From a virus: a stretch of 64,000 nucleotides of DNA. The translations under genes and the position numbers were made by a program. How positions within the stretch are numbered: the first letter of the stretch is position 1; every line of letters begins with the position of its first letter. Under the pieces are notes generated by a model. The model was not told the origin of the DNA. It did no database searches and saw nothing but the letters and a program-made list of their open reading frames with translations. This document shows positions 46,772 to 54,869 of this stretch, piece after piece. Location: IMG/VR virus record IMGVR_UViG_3300023179_007063, positions 33,088 through 97,087 of that record. One strand, given 5' to 3'.

Positions 46772-49467
46772 GCTACACTAGAAACACTGTGTTCACAGAC
46801 GTTGTAAAGGACATAATAGGTGACGAGCCAGTGCTCGATCAGTTCGACATCGACTATAAGGCTCTCTTCTTTGGAAGTGTCATGGACGACTACATCACAG
46901 GATCGATGGTTGTCTACGATGACACAAACAAAGTCCTTCCTCTCAACGGTTCAGTCTATCGTAACATTCAACCTTCCGGAACAGGAAGGGGGTCCATACT
47001 CAGCAAGACAGCATGGCTGTTTCAACCGTCCAATTCTGAGCCAGGAACAAGCACCATTAATGTCAGCCCGTATGAGTCGACAAGAGTCACACCTGTTCAA
47101 ACTCTAAAGTCGAGTCAGTTTAGAACTTTCACAATGATAGATGAGAGAGAGCGGTTCTATGACAGCTGCCTTCCATCTCTCAAGTCTTCTCTCGCTGCTG
47201 ACGGCACATCTTTCTGGACGATATACGACGTGTCACCGTTTCTGTGGCTAAGTCCCGTAGCAAACACCGTGTACGATAAAATAGGATATATCAGGTTTAA
47301 TGACATAAATCTTCAACACATAGGAAACTTTCCGGCAGGAAGAGACCCTCTCACAAACAACAGCTGGACTTGGTCTTATCCGTATGAGACGAGATATAAT
47401 CCTGATCTGAGGTTCGCAAACACCGAAGAGATATTTGATGTTGGATCAACCAACTTGGCGACGACTTGGTTCCCAATACCGTTTCAGAAGGTCAATACAG
47501 CTGCTGGTACCATCCAACTAAAGGGATTTCTTCCGCTATTCTCTGGGAGATTTTCACAAGATGCGCTCGGCAGCGGTGGCGTTAATGGCCTTAGAAACAG
47601 CGAGTTTCTTCCTACGGGATCGGCCGTAGACAGTATGTACGGAACGGGATACATCATACCTGCTGACGTGGACTTCAGCAAAATAACATCGGGAATGGAA
47701 CACCAGACGGGATCAGCCCCCGTAGTCGACTTGATGAAAGCATTGTACGGCTTTGGAGACAATAATTGCGTTGGCTATGTGTATTCCGATCTTCTACAGG
47801 AAGCCAGCTCAAGCGCCTATTACAAGGACTTTAGTGGAAGCTTTGGAACACGTGCTTACAACATAGCAAGCTCTACAGATGCAGGAACGGGTAGCATAAA
47901 GTGGAACAACTCGTCTCAGGTGAATCCATGGACAGTCCTGCAGAGAGACGGCACCTCACTAAAGCCCTCGGGCATCACTTACAGTTACCTGTCGTCGTCA
48001 GTCTATTGGAGCAGTAGAAGTGACTCTGTTCTAGCTTCTGACACTGACACATCTCTATATGGCGGTCTGAGTGCAGGCAAGCATAGCACGTTTAGTCTGG
48101 ACGTGACGTCTTCAAATCCTTGGTGCTTTGCCTACAAGCGATACGTTGCTTCGGACACTTCTAACTATCTAGAGGTCTACATCAACAGAGCACGAACAGA
48201 GAGCATCGATGTCGCAAATGTAAAGATACCGATCGATTCAGTGCAACCGGGTGATGGCGGTGCATACGGACCAGGAGGATCTTCTGCACCTCCTAGAATA
48301 CTGCAGCCCTTCACGTCTTCCTACTACCCACCAGGTGAGTATAAGATCAACGTGTCTTATGTTAGAGACGTGCAGGCTTTATCATTCTCAGGATTTGCAG
48401 CAGGGGCTCTCAACGTTCTTTCAGCTTTCGAGGAGATGGCAGACACTTTAAAGAACAAGAACGCGATAAATTCTAACACCAATAAGTACGACGTCGTCGG
48501 CCCGAACCGTGTAGCTTCTGTAGGAAGTGCCAAAGATTCACTGATCAAGACGCCTGGTGCTTTCTCGTCTCCGTCTCTTCTCTCAGACATCAACAAGAAA
48601 GCACAGCAACAGCAGAAGACTTCTGTGAATGCTAACTCAGCTCTAATAGGCGCTGCTAAGACGATAGGATCAAGCACTCCTACTCTCATACCTGCCGCAA
48701 TACTGGGTAACACGGCGGAGCTAGTTCTCGGATCGAAGTCGACAGTAGACACGATCGACAGAGCTTTCATAAGCGAGATCAACATCATCACTTGGGACGC
48801 GATGTCGAGTAGTGATGTATTTAGCAAGAAGACAGCTGTCAGGATAGGGGGAAACAACTATCCTACATTCCGAAGAGTCGCCGTTGACACACGAGCTACA
48901 CTCGATAGCCTCTTCCCAGGTACACCAGAACAGAAGCTGAAATCTTCAAGACTGTACTCTTCTTACAACTTTGGAATTAAGCCTGTGATACGCGGCTGGA
49001 AGTACGGACTCTACAGCGGTATGCCGATGAACTCCAAAGCAGTGTTTAGAAGAGACCATTACGGTCACCTCAGAGACATGCTTGAGCAGAGGCCCTACAC
49101 GAAGTTCTATTACGAACAGAAGACGAGAGTTGCTGGCTCGGGCGTGCCTCCTGCCCCTGCCACATATCCGACGAACGGAGAAGAGAAACCAGGAGATTTA
49201 AGTCTTCCTGCAGTCTCTGTCAGGTTTGTCAAGAGACGCTATAAGCTTCTAGGAACTGCTAGTAACATCGGAGAGATGTATAATGTGGAGGTCGACCCAG
49301 AGTTGACACTGTCACACAACTTGAGCACAGAAGCCACTTCATCTATTCCCTACTTTGACAACATCTCACGCGAGAGAGACGAGTCGTCTTATGCAAAGAG
49401 CAGAGACGCTAGCGTCGTCGTAGCAAAGTACGACTTCGATCTCAGTAGCGGCTTGGTGATCAAATGA
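46768..49467 (+). CDS. Virion structural protein (hypothetical)
   Basis: 899 aa; IGDEPVLDQFD, RGWKYG, FRRDHYG..RDMLEQR; coupled. Confidence 0.55.
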   Translation: MSYTRNTVFTDVVKDIIGDEPVLDQFDIDYKALFFGSVMDDYITGSMVVYDDTNKVLPLNGSVYRNIQPSGTGRGSILSKTAWLFQPSNSEPGTSTINVSPYESTRVTPVQTLKSSQFRTFTMIDERERFYDSCLPSLKSSLAADGTSFWTIYDVSPFLWLSPVANTVYDKIGYIRFNDINLQHIGNFPAGRDPLTNNSWTWSYPYETRYNPDLRFANTEEIFDVGSTNLATTWFPIPFQKVNTAAGTIQLKGFLPLFSGRFSQDALGSGGVNGLRNSEFLPTGSAVDSMYGTGYIIPADVDFSKITSGMEHQTGSAPVVDLMKALYGFGDNNCVGYVYSDLLQEASSSAYYKDFSGSFGTRAYNIASSTDAGTGSIKWNNSSQVNPWTVLQRDGTSLKPSGITYSYLSSSVYWSSRSDSVLASDTDTSLYGGLSAGKHSTFSLDVTSSNPWCFAYKRYVASDTSNYLEVYINRARTESIDVANVKIPIDSVQPGDGGAYGPGGSSAPPRILQPFTSSYYPPGEYKINVSYVRDVQALSFSGFAAGALNVLSAFEEMADTLKNKNAINSNTNKYDVVGPNRVASVGSAKDSLIKTPGAFSSPSLLSDINKKAQQQQKTSVNANSALIGAAKTIGSSTPTLIPAAILGNTAELVLGSKSTVDTIDRAFISEINIITWDAMSSSDVFSKKTAVRIGGNNYPTFRRVAVDTRATLDSLFPGTPEQKLKSSRLYSSYNFGIKPVIRGWKYGLYSGMPMNSKAVFRRDHYGHLRDMLEQRPYTKFYYEQKTRVAGSGVPPAPATYPTNGEEKPGDLSLPAVSVRFVKRRYKLLGTASNIGEMYNVEVDPELTLSHNLSTEATSSIPYFDNISRERDESSYAKSRDASVVVAKYDFDLSSGLVIK

Positions 49468-51572
49468 TAGAGAAGAGCAAGAGCGATCTCTTCTATCTAG
49501 CGAAGGATGAAAAGAGCGGAGAGGCGAAGCGCCTCGCGGCGGCGACCGACGTACAGATAGGAACAGAGAGCAAGCCTTCAGAGCTTCAGATCACAGGAAG
49601 AATATCTCACAGTCTACAGACAGTAGAACTAGCTGTGAACCAGACGGCTCAGATGGATAACAACACGACGTACCTCCTCGTGTATGCATACGGTGCTGTG
49701 GGGCCCGTTGGCGTGGTGCTACCTGCCAGCCCGCGCAAGGGACAGGTATGCACTATTAAAGATGCAAGTGGAAACTCAAGCACCTATAACATAGTGGTGC
49801 ATGCTTCAGGGGTGGCAATGATAGACGGTCAGCCCATGAGAATGTTATCTGCTGACTACGGAAGTGTGTCGTTCATTTGGGGTGGCGCACAGTGGCATGT
49901 CGTCGGTTTCTCCGAGACGATCGTGATACCGGAAATTCCTGATCCAGCACCTCCGCCTCGACAACCTATCGACGGAAAAAACGGTGACACAGGGCCTAAG
50001 GGTGACACAGGACCTGCAGGTACCAACGGAGTCAACGGTGACACAGGACCTGCAGGATCAGACGCATACGAATACACTTTGTATCCTGCTTCTATTGGAC
50101 TCAATGCCGCTCCCACAGGAGTCGTGTACAGCTATGCTAGGACTTCTACTGTAATAAAAGCTTACAAGGGATCGACAGCACTCACGCCTGTCGCAGGTAC
50201 AAGTCCATCGACAGGACAGTTTGCAGTCAGCGAAGTCGTCAGCTCGACGGGAATTGTACCTGACATAACTCTAGGATCACCAAAGACCCAGAATATCGCT
50301 AATAAAGAGATGGACTACGGCACAATGTCAGGAATGTCTAACAACGTGTCGACTGCCTACATCGACTACACGCTGTACCTCGAGAGCAACACAAACACAA
50401 GAGTATTGCGACAAACAATTACGAAGACCATCGACGGAACAACAGGACCAACAGGACCAACAGGACCGACAGGACCGACAGGACCGACAGGAGAGAATGG
50501 CATCTCTAGAGATGCACTCGTCGTCGCGGGGGGAGAAGGTGACTATTCTCTCGCATACTCATATGACGGTGGAGAAACTTGGACAGGTGTTGCAGGATCA
50601 TCGAGCATCATTCAACAATGCTATGGAGTGGCCTGGAATGGCAGCACGTGGATTGCTGTCGGCAATAGAGGCACAGGAACTCACTCCATAGCTTTGTCTG
50701 CAAATGGTACAAGCTGGGCAGGTGTATACAATGTATCCGATATATGGGGCGCAAATGCTGTTATTAAATGCGTCGCATGGAACGGATATGCATGGGTAAT
50801 TGGCGGGTATCAAGGTACCACAGCGAAGCTGGCGTTTTCTCTTGATAACGGTGTGTCTTGGTCGTCATTTGCAGGAGAAAGTACGTTAACGAGCACTCCT
50901 AGTTACACTTCTATAAATGCTCTCACACGTGTTTTGAACACTTACGAAGGATCGACTGTATTCGATCTAATTGCTGTTGGTTCAACAAGCTCGGGTAACA
51001 GCAGCTACCCTCTTTATATCAATGCTTCCGGAACCATCACGCGGATGGCGGCCGCGAGTGGTTTTCAATACAGCGGCAATGGAATAGCTTCAAATGCAAA
51101 CTACGTCGTTGCAGTCGGAGCTGTGTCAAATAACACGGCACCCAGAACTCTTTACATTCATCTGCCCTGTGCTGCTGGTGGTGCATGGTCAAATGCAACG
51201 ACGTCCGGAATGGTACCTGACTTTGGCGATATAGGCAATGCAGTGGTGTGGAACGGTCTCACTTGGGTTGCAGCTGGGGGCAACGCTACTGCATCCGGAG
51301 GTACGGTCATCAAACGATCGACAAACTACAACAGCCCAAGTGACTGGCTAGGCGTGGCGGTATCTCCTGCAATAATTGGTCCTGGAAGAGCATTGTGCTG
51401 GAACGGGTCAAGATGGATTGCACAAGGCAACAAAGACGAAAACAGCACAACAATGTACACTGACGACTTCACGGGAAGTTCGTCATGGCATGCCGGTCTT
51501 CGGGGAGGCGAATCAGTATTCACTGTAGGATACTGCTTGGCGTCGAGGCACGTTGTTCTTCCTCAGATTTAA
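49464..51572 (+). CDS. Tail fibre-like protein with short collagen segments and C-terminal WNG-repeat (propeller-like) domain
   Basis: GDTGP and GPT repeats; repeated VAWNG..WIAVG; YSYDGGETW. Confidence 0.72.
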   Translation: MIEKSKSDLFYLAKDEKSGEAKRLAAATDVQIGTESKPSELQITGRISHSLQTVELAVNQTAQMDNNTTYLLVYAYGAVGPVGVVLPASPRKGQVCTIKDASGNSSTYNIVVHASGVAMIDGQPMRMLSADYGSVSFIWGGAQWHVVGFSETIVIPEIPDPAPPPRQPIDGKNGDTGPKGDTGPAGTNGVNGDTGPAGSDAYEYTLYPASIGLNAAPTGVVYSYARTSTVIKAYKGSTALTPVAGTSPSTGQFAVSEVVSSTGIVPDITLGSPKTQNIANKEMDYGTMSGMSNNVSTAYIDYTLYLESNTNTRVLRQTITKTIDGTTGPTGPTGPTGPTGPTGENGISRDALVVAGGEGDYSLAYSYDGGETWTGVAGSSSIIQQCYGVAWNGSTWIAVGNRGTGTHSIALSANGTSWAGVYNVSDIWGANAVIKCVAWNGYAWVIGGYQGTTAKLAFSLDNGVSWSSFAGESTLTSTPSYTSINALTRVLNTYEGSTVFDLIAVGSTSSGNSSYPLYINASGTITRMAAASGFQYSGNGIASNANYVVAVGAVSNNTAPRTLYIHLPCAAGGAWSNATTSGMVPDFGDIGNAVVWNGLTWVAAGGNATASGGTVIKRSTNYNSPSDWLGVAVSPAIIGPGRALCWNGSRWIAQGNKDENSTTMYTDDFTGSSSWHAGLRGGESVFTVGYCLASRHVVLPQI

Positions 51573-51580
51573 GCCGCGAC

Positions 51581-52063
51581 TTAATTAAGTAACTTCTTTT
51601 CAGGTAGTTTCGTCTTGCCGTCCACGACGTCGTCGAACAAATCGGACAAATCAAGCTTAGGTTTGTTCCTGCCCTTTATCTGAGTTACTTTGAGCAGCTT
51701 GTGGCGCTTACCGTTCCACGGTATCGTTCCACCGGACACCCATCCGCTATACGTCTCGACATAGGATCCGCCGATGGCGTTCGTTGGTGTCTGTATTCCG
51801 TAGTGCTTCGCGAGCCGAATTCTCTCAAACATCTCCGACTCAGGCGTCTCGACGAAAGAGGAGTTATCACCGTCGTATATGTACTCCGCACCCATCCACT
51901 CGACCTCCAAGAAGTCGTCGCGTTCTAGCGTTACGTTGCAGCAGTACTCTCCGTCTGGCTCGGGTGTCGACATGCCGAGGTAATAGACAGCTTCGGGAGA
52001 GTCGAACAACGTGAAAGACCACCCTTTGGCTGGGGTCTTCAGGGTCAAACGTACTTTCTTCAT
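51581..52063 (-). CDS. Hypothetical protein
   Basis: 160 aa, convergent with the fibre gene. Confidence 0.55.
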   Translation of the reverse strand: MKKVRLTLKTPAKGWSFTLFDSPEAVYYLGMSTPEPDGEYCCNVTLERDDFLEVEWMGAEYIYDGDNSSFVETPESEMFERIRLAKHYGIQTPTNAIGGSYVETYSGWVSGGTIPWNGKRHKLLKVTQIKGRNKPKLDLSDLFDDVVDGKTKLPEKKLLN

Positions 52064-52082
52064 CTTTGTAAATAGTACTTCG

Positions 52083-52685
52083 CTATGAAGCTTTCGTATC
52101 TAGATACTTCTTCTTGATGACAGTTCGAAGTCCGGGATTGACACGAAGCGCCTCAGGCATAATGCGGTGTCGGATGAGGTTCCGCATGTACCTCTCGTCT
52201 GTGTTAGACGCGTCATCGATCCACTGCAAGTCTCGTTTTTTCGCCCAAGAGATGAGCTCAGACTTCGGAGTGACGAGGAAGGGTCGAACCACGTTTCCCC
52301 TCCTATAAGGAAGAAGCTTCGACGCACCGTGGAGAGATGAGAAGATCCATGTCTCGACAGCGTCGTCGAGGTGGTGGGCTGTGACGATAGGATCTTCGAA
52401 CTGAGTCAAAAACTCGTAGCGACAGTTGCGCCAGTACTCTTCCTGAGACTCGTCGGACGGCTTGGGGCCGGTGATGTGTCCGACGGTGAGGGGGACCTCA
52501 CGGTCAAGCGCGAAACTCTTTGCAAAGTTCAAGGCCTCATCGGAGGTCTTGGTTCCGTGATGGAAAAAGGCCAAGGAAACGTCTCGTTTACCATTTATGA
52601 GGAAGTCCGTAATTGCTACGGAATCAACTCCTCCTGAGAAGGCTACGATACATTTCCTTGGAAGACTTCCGATGAATCGAATCAT
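52083..52685 (-). CDS. tilS: tRNA(Ile)-lysidine synthetase, minimal (catalytic domain only, 200 aa)
   Basis: AFSGGVDS, RYEF, TAHHLDDAVET, RPFL, WIDDASN, RNLIRH. True start ATG 52685; the longer track ORF overlaps the tRNA. Confidence 0.92.
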   Translation of the reverse strand: MIRFIGSLPRKCIVAFSGGVDSVAITDFLINGKRDVSLAFFHHGTKTSDEALNFAKSFALDREVPLTVGHITGPKPSDESQEEYWRNCRYEFLTQFEDPIVTAHHLDDAVETWIFSSLHGASKLLPYRRGNVVRPFLVTPKSELISWAKKRDLQWIDDASNTDERYMRNLIRHRIMPEALRVNPGLRTVIKKKYLDTKAS

Positions 52686-52690
52686 TGTCT

Positions 52691-53005
52691 TGGTGGAACC
52701 ATTCGGACTTGAACCGAAAACCCGCTGATTCACGTTTGTGTTAATTTCTTAACTCCGTGGACTATATCATCATCCTCAGCTTTACCTGTTAGGATGTCGG
52801 ACGCTTTATCCCGTATTACGTTGAAAGTTTCGTTCAACACCGGGTAGTCTCTACACCTTTCTACCACGCTTGGTAGACTTGGCTCGGGATTACCTTATCT
52901 TGCGACTTAGGCTTCCCCGAATTCATCCGATTTTCGACAATCATTTCTGATTGAAGTCACCTTTTGCGATGAGTCAGCTGCTCTAACCGATTGAGCTATG
53001 GTTCC
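52691..53005 (-). tRNA. tRNA-CAU, probably Ile2, split by a group I intron (exons 53005-52969 and 52730-52691)
   Basis: Spliced sequence GGAACCATAGCTCAATCGGTTAGAGCAGCTGACTCAT|AATCAGCGGGTTTTCGGTTCAAGTCCGAATGGTTCCACCA folds to a full cloverleaf with encoded CCA. No initiator features. Ends 5 nt upstream of tilS. Confidence 0.9.
52731..52968 (-). ncRNA. Group I intron in tRNA anticodon loop (238 nt, no ORF)
   Basis: P1: exon UCAU with GUGA (U.G). P3 TCGGATG/CGTCCGA; P4 TTCGGG/CCCGAG; R GTGTAGAGACTA; S ATGATATAGTCC; P9 GTTAA-GAAA-TTAAC; P9.0 ACG/CGT; terminal G. Confidence 0.93.
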
Positions 53006-53033
53006 GTATTGAAAGTTGTGTTTATTCCTTTCG

Positions 53034-53116
53034 TGCTCAGGGTGGGAATCGAACCCACACGGGAGTTACCCCGGCTGATTTTGAGTCAGCTGCGTCTGCC
53101 GTTTCGCCACCAGAGC
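53034..53116 (-). tRNA. tRNA-Leu(CAA), CCA not encoded
   Basis: GCTCTGGTGGCGAAACGGCAGACGCAGCTGACTCAAAATCAGCC...GGGTTCGATTCCCACCCTGAGCA; long variable arm; one U-U mismatch in the acceptor stem. Confidence 0.9.
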
Positions 53117-53130
53117 GTCTCTACCTCTTC

Positions 53131-53159
53131 ATCATAAGGTAGCTGTGCTCTAGTTTACA
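53131..53159 (-). promoter_or_regulatory. Sigma70-like promoter for tRNA-Leu / tRNA-CAU / tilS
   Basis: TGTAAA-17 nt-TATGAT, ending 15 nt upstream of tRNA-Leu. Confidence 0.55.
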
Positions 53160-53162
53160 CTG

Positions 53163-53558
53163 TCACAACAGCTTAAGTCTTCCTGTGATCTCATCGATGA
53201 TGTCAGATGCATCCGGACCTACAGCGATGGCCGCTAGTTGTTCCACTGTGTCAGACTTCTCGTCGTCAGGATCTGACTTGCGCTGGGTCGTTACAGAATG
53301 CGTGGAGAGACCATGCTTCTCAGCTTTAAATGCGACAGCTTCAAGTGCGCCTAGGGACGCGACGCCCAACACTACAACCTGCGGATCATTGATCCATGCA
53401 GATTCCTCTTTTGACAGTTCGACGTGTAGGACTTCGAGACGAGCAGAGTCGTCGTTTTCTAAGAAGAATCTCATCGATGCTTTCGCAACAAGAGCTGCCA
53501 TCTCTGCACGTCGGAGCCGCAGGTCGCGACGCACCACGACTACTTGCTTGGTTCTCAT
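53163..53558 (-). CDS. Pth2-like peptidyl-tRNA hydrolase fold protein (atypical)
   Basis: KQVVVVRRDL, VVLGV, AVGP...IDEITGRLKLL are Pth2 hallmarks; the GK..AQ and DAGxT motifs are not conserved. Confidence 0.75.
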   Translation of the reverse strand: MRTKQVVVVRRDLRLRRAEMAALVAKASMRFFLENDDSARLEVLHVELSKEESAWINDPQVVVLGVASLGALEAVAFKAEKHGLSTHSVTTQRKSDPDDEKSDTVEQLAAIAVGPDASDIIDEITGRLKLL

Positions 53559-53574
53559 GGTATCTACCTAGATT

Positions 53575-54054
53575 CTACTCAGACGCAGAAGACTTAAACA
53601 GATCGTCTTCATCTTTGGCTTCTTTACGAAGCTCTTCTCGAAGCTCCATTAAGATCCTCCCCAACCAGTTCTCGCCCGTGCCCCTGCAGACACCCCAGAA
53701 TCTATCGTTCCACGTGTTACCGTGAACTAGTTCAGCGTCGCCCGTTGCAAGGAGATACTGACGAAGGAGTGGATTCTCGAACTTCAAACGCGTGAAGGTT
53801 CGCATTAGATCGATCTTAACATCGTTCCAATCAGATCGGATCTCGACTCCACGACCCAGCTTCTTAGCCTCGGCCGGGGTCTTAGCTCGTCTAATGAGAG
53901 CTCTCGAGTCTTCATTGAGAGTCTTGTGTGCCTGATACGCGTGCTCGACTGTTGGATACGTCTTACCATCCACGACGATCGTTGAAGTGTGGAAGTTTGA
54001 GAGTTGACCGTGTCCTGAAGAAGCGTAGAAGTTGATGATCTTCTTGTCTGTCAT
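53575..54054 (-). CDS. NADAR (YbiA-like) family protein
   Basis: LSNF, YPTVEHAYQA.K, AKKLGR, KF....L...LLATG, DRFWG, GENWLGRILM. Confidence 0.92.
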   Translation of the reverse strand: MTDKKIINFYASSGHGQLSNFHTSTIVVDGKTYPTVEHAYQAHKTLNEDSRALIRRAKTPAEAKKLGRGVEIRSDWNDVKIDLMRTFTRLKFENPLLRQYLLATGDAELVHGNTWNDRFWGVCRGTGENWLGRILMELREELRKEAKDEDDLFKSSASE

Positions 54055-54242
54055 TTATGTTGAACAGTTTCCCGAAAAGCTAAATGTTCTTTACGAGGAG
54101 AATTTGCAATCCATCTTAAACTATGTTAAGATAAATTTCAGCTCTGATTATGTCGAACTCTTGCAAAGAGTGCGGAAATCCTTGTAGGAAGGTATATTGT
54201 TCTGCAAGGTGTTCAGTCTTTGGCAATAGCTATAACAAACAG

Positions 54243-54316
54243 CGACCCCAGTTGGATTTGAACCGACGTCTTCCGGAGTGAAAATCCGGTATCCTAGACC
54301 ACTAGACGATGGGGCC
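54243..54316 (-). tRNA. tRNA-Glu(TTC), CCA not encoded
   Basis: GGCCCCATCGTCTAGTGGTCTAGGATACCGGATTTTCACTCCGGAAGACGTCGGTTCAAATCCAACTGGGGTCG folds to a cloverleaf. Confidence 0.9.
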
Positions 54317-54320
54317 AAAT

Positions 54321-54340
54321 GGCGGAGCTTTCACCCCGCC
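54321..54340 (-). terminator. GC-rich hairpin between lipoprotein gene and tRNA-Glu (terminator or processing signal)
   Basis: GGCGGGG-TGAAAG-CTCCGCC followed by ATTT. Confidence 0.45.
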
Positions 54341-54347
54341 TCTTCAC

Positions 54348-54719
54348 TCACTTCTTGTCAGCAGAAGCTGCAGGCTTTGTAGCAGCCTTCTTGTCGTCCT
54401 TCTTCGTCTCAGGCTTGTGTGGAGCGACTCCGGCAGGAAGCGGAACCGACACCGGGGCACCGTTCGGAGTCACTGTCGGAGCAGCAGCCGGTGCCGAAGG
54501 CGCCGCTGAAGCTGACGGAGCGGGCGCAGCTGGAGCCTTCACCTCGACGAGTGCAGCAGCCGAAGCGCTCGGTGCAGCGGCAGCTGATGGAGCTGGTGCG
54601 GCCGAAGGAGCAGCAGATACAGAAGCAGCGGTCGTCGGCGGCGAGGTCTCTGCTGAGTTACAGGCGAGGCTGAGAGCTACTGCTGAGAGGCAAACTGAGA
54701 GAGTCTTAAATGTGTTCAT
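54348..54719 (-). CDS. Predicted lipoprotein, Ala/Pro-rich
   Basis: Signal peptide with lipobox LSLA-C, low-complexity body, basic tail; GGAG upstream. Confidence 0.7.
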   Translation of the reverse strand: MNTFKTLSVCLSAVALSLACNSAETSPPTTAASVSAAPSAAPAPSAAAAPSASAAALVEVKAPAAPAPSASAAPSAPAAAPTVTPNGAPVSVPLPAGVAPHKPETKKDDKKAATKPAASADKK

Positions 54720-54869
54720 ATTTCGTTTTCTCCGGATCCACGACGTATTGTGTCAAGTTTTGGATCGTTCATGGTATTTATAGTCATAAATTGGCATATG
54801 TACATCGTAAGATTGTTCTCGTGATCGATCCTGTGTCGTCCAACAATTCAACTGATAGAAGAAAAGTAG

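Noticed and set aside
48400-48760. Compositionally distinct insert in the 899-aa structural protein (possible intein)
   Set aside because: No Cys/Ser...His-Asn splice motifs or LAGLIDADG blocks; looks like a low-complexity loop.
52686-52733. 16-aa N-terminal extension of TilS
   Set aside because: It is the tRNA 3' exon read as codons.
54319-54783. Plus-strand 154-aa Ala/Gly-rich ORF
   Set aside because: Antisense shadow of the lipoprotein gene, which has an RBS and lipobox.
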